Positions 1 through 5,437 of a DNA stretch of 11,690 bases are shown piece after piece. Source of the stretch: Pseudomonadota bacterium (GTDB lineage: Bacteria > Bdellovibrionota_B > Oligoflexia > Oligoflexales > CAIYRB01); NCBI GenBank assembly GCA_031416315.1, contig JANOTL010000101.1, positions 1-11,690 of the forward strand. The letters are read 5' to 3'. A program made the position numbers and the translations under genes. Position 1 is the first letter of the stretch, and each line of letters starts with the position of its first letter. The notes below the pieces were generated by a model, which did no database searches, was not told the origin of the DNA, and saw only the letters and a list, made by a program, of their open reading frames with translations.

Positions 1-15
1 CGCTTTCGCGCCAGG

Positions 16-42
16 GTCTATCCCGAGCGGAGCGAGGGATCT
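16..42. repeat. Single REP-like palindromic element (ATCCC-GAGCGGAGCGA-GGGAT)
   Basis: ATCCC (20-24) pairs with GGGAT (36-40) around GAGCGGAGCGA. It resembles, from memory, the GTCATCCYGAGCG-AGCGA-GGATCT class of small intergenic repeats. Only one copy is in the window. Confidence 0.4.
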
Positions 43-212
43 CGGCGATTACACCTGCGCCGCCGCTTCCCGGCACCATCATGGGGGGCAGCTCGGAAGA
101 AGTCGCATGAAGAGCGACGCGGCAACACTGGCCGCCGGGTACGGCTCTGTCCTCGGCTTCAATCTGCGGCAACTGACCAGGGCGCAGCGAGAAGGGAAGC
201 CCCACCCTGTGG

Positions 213-719
213 CTAGCCCGTTTACCCTCACGTCTGCTTCATCGTCCGCGGCGCTGGATGAAGAGCAGGGGTACGGCGGAGGGTGAAGCTCATGGATCGA
301 GCGACAGCGAGGCATGCGTTATCTGATCGGCAGTGGAAACTGATCAAGGAACTGCTGCCGGCAAATGGCCGCTTCGGCAGGCCATGGAAAGATCACCGCC
401 GCGTCGTCGATGGCATTTTGTGGATCCTGCGCACGGGCTCGCCGTGGCGCGATCTCCCAGAGCGTTTCCAACCATGGAAGACGGTCTATGAGCGGTCTCG
501 GCGATGGGATGAACTTCAAGCTTTTCGTGGCTGAGCTGTCGCACAGGTGGACCTCAAAGGCGACGTGAGGGGGGAGACGGGCTACCCATAGGGGAGGGCG
601 CACGCGCACGCACAAGCGATAGGCCAACGCACACGATGAGGTCTACGACAGCAGAGAGCCGCGGGCCAGTGACATCGCACGTCCGAGACGGACGTCGGCA
701 CTTGCCGGACACACCCTAG
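213..719 (+). mobile_element. Decayed IS5-family (IS427-like) element; boundaries approximate
   Basis: Transposase fragment plus a right-end-like sequence CCGGACACACCCTAG (705-719), which reads RRHLPDTP* like IS427-group C-termini ending in the TIR. The left end is uncertain: CTAG at 213-216, or CCAGGGTCTATCCCG at 11-25, which partly matches the reverse complement of the right end. Confidence 0.5.
292..534 (+). pseudogene. IS5-family transposase, N-terminal (DUF4096-like) fragment, truncated
   Basis: RHALSDRQWKLIKELLP...GRPWKDHRRVVDGILWILRTGSPWRDLPERFQPWKTVYERSRRW is the typical IS5 N-terminal HTH region. GGAGG at 278-282 precedes ATG 292 (alternative GTG 283). Similarity stops after RRW and I saw no DDE domain in any frame downstream. 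Confidence 0.85.
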
Positions 720-746
720 TCGAATTTATTCGATTACCGCCGCGGT

Positions 747-780
747 CGCGGGATCCGGCGCCCCCCTGCTGGATTCCGCG
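747..780 (+). other. GC-rich stem-loop (14 bp including G-U pairs) next to the stop of the 790-951 gene
   Basis: CGCGGGATCCGGCG (747-760) pairs with TGCTGGATTCCGCG (767-780), loop CCCCCC. It has no adjacent U-tract, so a terminator role is uncertain. Confidence 0.35.
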
Positions 781-789
781 CTCCCAGGC

Positions 790-951
790 TCAGCCCGGCA
801 AGAGCGCGTTGCTGAAGGCGAAGGTCCAGATCAACCACGCCGCTACGAAGACGACGGCGCCGATAGCGATCAGGATATAGGGGCGACGGCGATGAACGCC
901 GCCGCCGCTATGATGCGAGGTCTCCCGCTTGGGTGCGGTCGTAGCCGACAT
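790..951 (-). CDS. Small single-pass membrane protein, 53 aa (not in ORF track)
   Basis: Hand translation: MSATTAPKRETSHHSGGGVHRRRPYILIAIGAVVFVAAWLIWTFAFSNALLPG*. The ATG overlaps the upstream stop (TGATG at 953-949). RRR is followed by a ~22-residue hydrophobic segment. Confidence 0.75.
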   Translation of the reverse strand: MSATTAPKRETSHHSGGGVHRRRPYILIAIGAVVFVAAWLIWTFAFSNALLPG

Positions 952-1094
952 CAGTTACCCCGCAGAAAGTAAAAGACGAGGAGGAGCGGCAGCGGAATGC
1001 CAAGCATCCAAAGCAAGGCGTAGCCGATTTTGCCTTGCGCCTTTTGCTGCGCGAACGGCGCGAGCCAGAGATCCTTGAGCTGGGATATTTTCAT
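951..1094 (-). CDS. Small membrane protein, 47 aa (GYALLWMLGIPLPLLLVFYFL motif)
   Basis: MKISQLKDLWLAPFAQQKAQGKIGYALLWMLGIPLPLLLVFYFLRGN. GGGAG SD lies 7 nt upstream of ATG 1094, and there is a C-terminal hydrophobic helix. The longer 100-aa track version probably starts too far upstream. Confidence 0.75.
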   Translation of the reverse strand: MKISQLKDLWLAPFAQQKAQGKIGYALLWMLGIPLPLLLVFYFLRGN

Positions 1095-1185
1095 GGTGCG
1101 ACTCCCGATTCCCGGTGAACGATCCGTCGCCTTCTTGCAAAGCGCAGGCCAGGCGTTGGCGACGCGACAAAACGGGAGAAAGACG

Positions 1186-1287
1186 ATGAAATCAGAGAAA
1201 AGTGCGGGCGACGAAACCCGGCTGGAACACTTGGCGCATCGAATCCGCGACATGCTTGCGCGCGACCAGCGCGCTCGCAGTCACTAG
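1186..1287 (+). CDS. Putative small protein, 33 aa
   Basis: GGGAG (1174-1178) 7 nt before ATG 1186; MKSEKSAGDETRLEHLAHRIRDMLARDQRARSH; tandem TAG TAA stops. Confidence 0.45.
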   Translation: MKSEKSAGDETRLEHLAHRIRDMLARDQRARSH

Positions 1288-1334
1288 TAAATTATGGGGG
1301 CGCGGCGGGCGGTGGGGAGGCTTATGATGGGCCC

Positions 1335-2177
1335 ATGAGCCTGCCCTCGTCGAAATCGGCGTTTCATTACAAACACTATGCGTCCTTTCTCGCGGCTTAC
1401 ATCGGCACGCGGAAGCGGAAGACGCCGGCCTATTCGTACCAGGCATTGAGTCGCGCGGCGGGGCTCAGGTCGCAGTCGCTCGTGGCGATGGTGGCCAGCG
1501 GCAAGCGGCTGCCGACGCGGAGCACGCTCCGAAAGCTCAATGCGGCGATGAAGGCGAGCGCGGCGGAGGGCGAGTATCTCGAGACGCTCGTCGACTTCTT
1601 GAAGACGAAGGATGCCGACGAGCGCGAAGTCTTGAACCGAAAGCTCAAAGAGCTTTGCTTGGAGTTCGAGCCGCTGGCGGTCGAGGTCGACGAGTTCGCG
1701 GTGATCTCCGACTGGTGGCACGTCGCGATCCTGGAGACGCTGTGCCTGGCCGATTTCCGCGAGGAGCCCGCATGGATCGCGGCGCGCCTCGGCGGGCGTG
1801 TCGAGGTCGCGACCGTCCGGGAGGCCCTAGCGCGACTCGAGCGCGTCGGGCTCGTGCGGCGCGACGCGGCGGGGCGTCTCATGCAGGGTGCGCCCGAGTT
1901 CGTGACGCGCGACGCGACGAAAAACGCGGCGGTGCGGAAGTACCACGAGCAGATGGCGGCGCTCGGCGTCGCGGCGTTTGCCGGTGCGGCGGCGGTGCAA
2001 CGCACGGTCTCCGGCTCGACCTTGGCGGTCGAGGCGCTCCGCGTGCCGGAGGCGATCAAGGCGCTCGAGGAGTTTCGCCGGCGCTTCATCAAGCAGTTCG
2101 GCTCCGAGCGCGGCGACGAGATCTTCCAGCTGAACCTGCACTTCTTCGCCTTGTCGGGGAAAGGAGAGACGCATTGA
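1335..2177 (+). CDS. TIGR02147-family protein (N-terminal HTH plus DUF4423-like domain), putative DNA-binding regulator
   Basis: YSYQALSRAAGLRSQSLVAMVASGKR HTH; F-x-x-ISDWWHVAILE; WIAARLG...REALARLERVGLV; VRKYHEQM; C-terminal IFQLNLHFFALS. All are hallmark motifs of this family. Confidence 0.88.
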   Translation: MSLPSSKSAFHYKHYASFLAAYIGTRKRKTPAYSYQALSRAAGLRSQSLVAMVASGKRLPTRSTLRKLNAAMKASAAEGEYLETLVDFLKTKDADEREVLNRKLKELCLEFEPLAVEVDEFAVISDWWHVAILETLCLADFREEPAWIAARLGGRVEVATVREALARLERVGLVRRDAAGRLMQGAPEFVTRDATKNAAVRKYHEQMAALGVAAFAGAAAVQRTVSGSTLAVEALRVPEAIKALEEFRRRFIKQFGSERGDEIFQLNLHFFALSGKGETH

Positions 2178-2746
2178 GGTGGCTCACGCTCGCTTTCGTC
2201 GCGCTGCCCATCGGGTGCGCGCTCTTCGGCAACGCCTACGAGCGTGCGGACGAGGCGGAGCGTATGACCTGGAAGCACATCGGCTTGCCGCTGCGCACGA
2301 CGACGCCCTTCGCCGTGAAACAGGGCGCCTTCGGCTCGAGCTCGCATCGGGAAAAGGGGCTGGAGTTCAGCTGGGATTTGGCCGTGCCGCTCGGGACCGA
2401 GGTGATCGCCGCCGAGAGCGGACGGGTGAGCGACGTTCATACGCCGAAAGGTCTAGGCGGCGCGGTGGGCGGCTGCGATCCGAAATTCGCGCCGGTCGCG
2501 CGCAACGTGAAGGTCGAGCATTTCGACGGTACGGTCGCGCAATACGTGCACGTCGACGCGCGTGTCGGAGTGGGCGCGAAAGTGCGGCGCGGCGACGTGA
2601 TCGCGGTGACGGCGATGAACGGGTGGCTGTGCTATCCGCACCTGCATTTCGGCGTCTATCGCGGGAAGCAGACGGTACCGCTTTATTTTGACGACGTGCC
2701 GGGTGGGATTTTGCGGGAGGGGTTCGAGTTTACGGACAAGTTGTAA
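2174..2746 (+). CDS. M23-family Zn metallopeptidase, probable lipoprotein (190 aa)
   Basis: TTG start overlaps the upstream stop (TTGA), with AAGGAG SD at 2161-2166. Signal MRWLTLAFVALPIGC has a lipobox-like Cys. Motifs: SH...WD, GTEVIAAESGRV, EHFDGTVAQYVH, VRRGDVIA, PHLHFGV (HxH). Confidence 0.88.
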   Translation: MRWLTLAFVALPIGCALFGNAYERADEAERMTWKHIGLPLRTTTPFAVKQGAFGSSSHREKGLEFSWDLAVPLGTEVIAAESGRVSDVHTPKGLGGAVGGCDPKFAPVARNVKVEHFDGTVAQYVHVDARVGVGAKVRRGDVIAVTAMNGWLCYPHLHFGVYRGKQTVPLYFDDVPGGILREGFEFTDKL

Positions 2747-2781
2747 GGCTAGGCGGATGGTTTGGCTCAAACTGCCTAACC
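2747..2781 (+). terminator. Possible stem-loop after the M23 gene
   Basis: TAGGCG (2750-2755)/TGCCTA (2773-2778) and inner GTTTG/CAAAC, directly after the stop. No clear U-tract. Confidence 0.25.
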
Positions 2782-2832
2782 ACAATCTTCACGGCTAAAC
2801 GCCTCCACCCCCCGCAACCCTTCTGAACTTTT

Positions 2833-2846
2833 TTGAACACGTTCAA
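2833..2846. promoter_or_regulatory. Palindromic operator O1, TTGAAC-AC-GTTCAA (probable TetR site)
   Basis: Perfect 6-2-6 inverted repeat just upstream of the predicted -35 of the TetR gene. Confidence 0.7.
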
Positions 2847-2853
2847 GTTCCTC

Positions 2854-2882
2854 TCGACTTCGCCCGAAGAGGACCTTATATT
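2854..2882 (+). promoter_or_regulatory. Sigma70-type promoter TCGACT-N17-TATATT for the TetR gene
   Basis: -35 TCGACT at 2854-2859, 17-nt spacer, -10 TATATT at 2877-2882, in an AT-rich island. Confidence 0.6.
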
Positions 2883-2895
2883 TGAACACGTTCAG
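2882..2895. promoter_or_regulatory. Palindromic operator O2, TTGAAC-AC-GTTCAG
   Basis: 13/14 match to O1, 49 bp downstream, covering the end of the -10 and the predicted transcription start. Confidence 0.7.
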
Positions 2896-2922
2896 TTCCA
2901 CGTTCATCCGGAAGCCCCCAAC

Positions 2923-3594
2923 ATGACGAAGAAATCCGAAGTCACCAAGTCGAAGATCCTCGACGCAGCCCTGGGCCTCTTCCGGCAAAGAGGCTTCGCC
3001 TCGACGACCATGCGGGAGATCGCCGACGCCGCCGGCGTCGCGACCGGAGCGAGCTATTACCACTTCAGCACCAAAGACGAGATCGTCATGCACTTCTACG
3101 GAGTGCTCGCCGAGGATTTCACCGAGGCGTGCCGGAAGATCGCGGCGCAGACGGACGACCTCTGGCAGCGCCTCGAGAAGGCCATGCAATTCCGCTTCAC
3201 GCAGCTCGCGCCCTACCGCGAAAGTCTGCCGATCCTCGTGCGCAACGCGGTGGATCCGAGCTCGCCGCTCTCCGCCTTCAGCCGCGAGACTTCGGAGATG
3301 CGGGACGCCGCGGTGCGCGCGTTCACCATCTTGATCGAGGGCAGCGGCGTGAATTTCCCGAGCGTCGTGCGCTCGGAGCTGCCGTTCCTGCTCTGGCTCT
3401 GGCACATGATGGGCCTCTACTTCTGGCTCCTCGACGAATCGCCGGCTCAGGCGAGCTCCTCGAAGATGCTGAAGACCTCGATCGGCCTGATGCCGAACGG
3501 GCTCCACCTCCTCGCGTTTCCCGGTGCCGCCGATCTCGTGCGGCCGTTTTTCGAGCTTCTGCGCCAACTCGATCCACGTCCCGCCAACAAATAG
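2923..3594 (+). CDS. TetR/AcrR-family transcriptional regulator (TetR_C_23-like C-terminal domain), 223 aa
   Basis: TKSKILDAALGLFRQRGFASTTMREIADAAGVATGASYYHFSTKDEIV is a canonical TetR HTH; C-terminal DPSSPLSAFS and LPFLLWLWHMMGLYFWLLDESPAQ. Start set to ATG 2923 because the track's upstream extension is promoter/operator DNA. Confidence 0.93.
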   Translation: MTKKSEVTKSKILDAALGLFRQRGFASTTMREIADAAGVATGASYYHFSTKDEIVMHFYGVLAEDFTEACRKIAAQTDDLWQRLEKAMQFRFTQLAPYRESLPILVRNAVDPSSPLSAFSRETSEMRDAAVRAFTILIEGSGVNFPSVVRSELPFLLWLWHMMGLYFWLLDESPAQASSSKMLKTSIGLMPNGLHLLAFPGAADLVRPFFELLRQLDPRPANK

Positions 3595-3603
3595 GGATGA
3601 TCC

Positions 3604-3911
3604 ATGCACAGCGCGAAACGTGACGATCGTCAAAGCCTTCAGCACGAAGGCCCCGGCCAGTGCCCCTGGCGCGAGCGCATCCGCGAGCATTACGCGGAGG
3701 CCGGTGACGACTACCGGACCTGGAGCCCCGCCTACAACATGCATTTCGGCTTCTGGCGGCTCGGCCTCGGCCCGCTCGACCGCGAAGCGCTGCTGGTGGA
3801 GATGACGCGGCAGGTGATTTACCTGCGGCGAGCTTCGACGCGGCGCTGGCGATGGAGTCGGCCTGTCACGACGAGGGCCTCGCAAAGGCGGGCTTCGTGA
3901 AGGAGGCGGCG
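3604..3911 (+). pseudogene. Class I SAM-dependent methyltransferase pseudogene (internal deletion with frameshift, 3' truncation)
   Basis: Frame +1 (3604-~3815): IREHYAEAGDDYRTWSPAYNMHFGFW...REALLVEMTRQV, an N-terminus of the sterol/tocopherol-type MTases. Frame +3 from ~3816: DLPAASFDAALAMESACHDEGLAKAGFVKEAA, the motif II region. Motif I (LDxGCG) is missing between them, and LKPGG and the C-terminus are missing after 3911. Confidence 0.8.
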
Positions 3912-3977
3912 TCACCGCAGAGGACGCAGAGGGTCGCTTTAGAAAAGCGTCTGCGTCCTCTGCGACCTTTGCCGTAA
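3912..3977. repeat. REP-like palindromic element with a 15-bp perfect stem
   Basis: CGCAGAGGACGCAGA (3916-3930) is the exact reverse complement of TCTGCGTCCTCTGCG (3950-3964). Inner stem CGCTTT/AAAGCG (3935-3940/3944-3949). The arms carry a 9-nt periodic CGCAGA(G) unit. Confidence 0.75.
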
Positions 3978-3984
3978 AAAAATT

Positions 3985-4539
3985 TCAGCCCGCACACGCC
4001 CGCTTCCGCTCGAAGATCGGCGCCCCACCCGTCGCCGACCTCATCACGCCTTCGCCGATCGACCTGCGGGTCACGGGCGTGGCGGCGACGGCGCTCTCCA
4101 AGGTGAACGCCCCGCCTTCGAGATCCTGCAGCCAGACGCGCTCGGCGCCCTGTTCCCGGGCCATGGTCGCGAAGACGGCGAAGCCGCGGATTTCCTCGAA
4201 GCGGGGACCGTCGCCCTGCCGCTCGAAACTGTAGCGAAAGCGATACGTATCGGAGCCGGAAGGCGTCGCCGGAACGAAGGCGCGGCGCTCGACGATGCGC
4301 AGGCGAGGCTCTCCGTCGTCTCCGAGCTGCGCCGTGATCTCGCGCAGGTCGAGCGCGACGCCGACCTCGAGGGCGTTGGCGGCGCCTACGCGGATCTCCA
4401 GGTCGAGGACGCGCTGCAAGGTTCCGCGCACGTTGAGGTCGCCGATGGCGAACTGCTCGACCCAATACTCGCAGGGCGAGCCCGATGCCGCCGCGAAGGC
4501 GGGGGACGAAAGTAGGGCCGCTAGAGCAATGATTTTCAT
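3985..4539 (-). CDS. Secreted hypothetical protein, 184 aa
   Basis: Sec-type signal MKIIALAALLSSPAFA; GAGGAGG SD upstream; two Cys near the termini of the mature chain; GC-rich third codon positions. Confidence 0.85.
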   Translation of the reverse strand: MKIIALAALLSSPAFAAASGSPCEYWVEQFAIGDLNVRGTLQRVLDLEIRVGAANALEVGVALDLREITAQLGDDGEPRLRIVERRAFVPATPSGSDTYRFRYSFERQGDGPRFEEIRGFAVFATMAREQGAERVWLQDLEGGAFTLESAVAATPVTRRSIGEGVMRSATGGAPIFERKRACAG

Positions 4540-4543
4540 GAGG

Positions 4544-4569
4544 CGCCTCCTCGGGTTGCCGAGGAGGCG
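4544..4569 (-). promoter_or_regulatory. 11-bp perfect hairpin sequestering the SD of the 184-aa gene
   Basis: CGCCTCCTCGG (4544-4554) / CCGAGGAGGCG (4559-4569), 4-nt loop. On the minus-strand mRNA the 3' arm contains GAGGAGG just before ATG 4539. Confidence 0.55.
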
Positions 4570-4582
4570 TGCAAGAAACGAT

Positions 4583-5191
4583 TCAGTTCGCGCTGCAGTT
4601 CAAGCTGGCGCTGAGGCCGCTGCGCTGCTGCGTGCAGAGGTAGGAAAGCTCGGCGCCGGAGGCGAGGCCGATGAAGACCTGCACTTGCGTTGCGTTGAGA
4701 AGCTCGCTCGACGCGCCCGTCGCGCTCGCGGCGACCTTCGCGTCGGCGAGGAAGGCGAGGCGCAGCGCGTGCTCGAGGCCTTCGACGACGGCCCAGGCTT
4801 GCGAGCCGCGAGGCGCTTCGACGCGCTCGGCGTTGCCGACGCCGTCGCAGTAGACTTCCTTCTTCAGCACCGTGTTGGAGCGCGACCACTCGTCGACCAT
4901 GCGGCAATCATCGGTGGCGAGGCTGCCGCCGGCCGTGAAGGCGACGGTCGAGGTGGAGGCAGAGGTCAAGGCGACCTCGGCCTTCGTCAAGGAGCCGGTG
5001 CCGAGCGTGCCGGCGGCGAGGAGGCCGCGCAGCTCGTGCTCGGCCGACTCGGCGATGAACCAGGCGGCGGTGCCGCGCGCCGGGCGGTCGGTGCGCTCGT
5101 CCGAGCCGCCGCGGCGGGCGAAGCTGGCGCTGGAGGCGGCGATGGTGGCGGAGAGGATGAGGGCGTTGGCGATGGTTTGCTTGCGAATCAT
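4583..5191 (-). CDS. Secreted hypothetical protein with two internal repeats, 202 aa
   Basis: ATG 5191 with GAGGT 8 nt upstream; signal MIRKQTIANALILSATIAASSASFA. Repeats PARGTAAWFIAESAEHELR and APRGSQAWAVVEGLEHALR, each repeat unit ending in a Cys pair. Confidence 0.85.
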   Translation of the reverse strand: MIRKQTIANALILSATIAASSASFARRGGSDERTDRPARGTAAWFIAESAEHELRGLLAAGTLGTGSLTKAEVALTSASTSTVAFTAGGSLATDDCRMVDEWSRSNTVLKKEVYCDGVGNAERVEAPRGSQAWAVVEGLEHALRLAFLADAKVAASATGASSELLNATQVQVFIGLASGAELSYLCTQQRSGLSASLNCSAN

Positions 5192-5232
5192 AGGAGTAGA
5201 CCTCGTGGGTTTCGGTTTGGGTACGAACGGTT

Positions 5233-5409
5233 TGTAGCGCCTCGCCGTCGCGGAAAACACTGAGCCTGGCTGTGCGGCGTGACCCAAATACGCCGTGATC
5301 ATCGCTGCGCCTCGCAATCGCCTCACGGGAGTGAGGGAGGCTGCGTGGTGACGCGCGCCGTGACGGAATAAAGTCCTCTCAGTCCCGGGAAAACCGCCGG
5401 GCTCCTACA
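5233..5409. promoter_or_regulatory. Divergent control region with mirrored CTCAGT-N21-CTACA motifs
   Basis: Plus strand: CTCAGT 5378-5383, 21 nt, CTACA 5405-5409. Minus strand: CTCAGT 5264-5259, 21 nt, CTACA 5237-5233. GTGAY pairs at 5279/5295 and 5348/5360, and a central CCTCAC-GGGA-GTGAGG hairpin at 5321-5336. Confidence 0.45.
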
Positions 5410-5437
5410 CAAGCTCTCGAAAACAGGGTGAATTTTC

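Noticed and set aside
1020..1050. QKAQG|KIGY as a type IV prepilin cleavage site
   Set aside because: It lacks the hydrophobic +1 residue and Glu at +5.
790..1287. Small ORFs as RiPP precursors for the ATP-grasp enzyme
   Set aside because: They lie over 4 kb away in other transcription units, two are membrane helices, and there is no graspetide-like core repeat or recognisable PqqD/RRE gene in the window.
1655..2173. N-terminal extension of the 363-aa M23 ORF
   Set aside because: It overlaps the TIGR02147 gene out of frame and is Arg/Gly-rich. The TTG at 2174 has an SD and starts a signal peptide.
2832..2900. Direct repeats with a ~35-nt spacer resembling a minimal CRISPR array
   Set aside because: Only two 14-bp copies, no cas genes, and the spacer holds a promoter. 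TetR operators explain it better.
3811..3825. Programmed frameshift restoring the methyltransferase
   Set aside because: No slippery heptamer, and the joined product would still lack motif I and the C-terminus.
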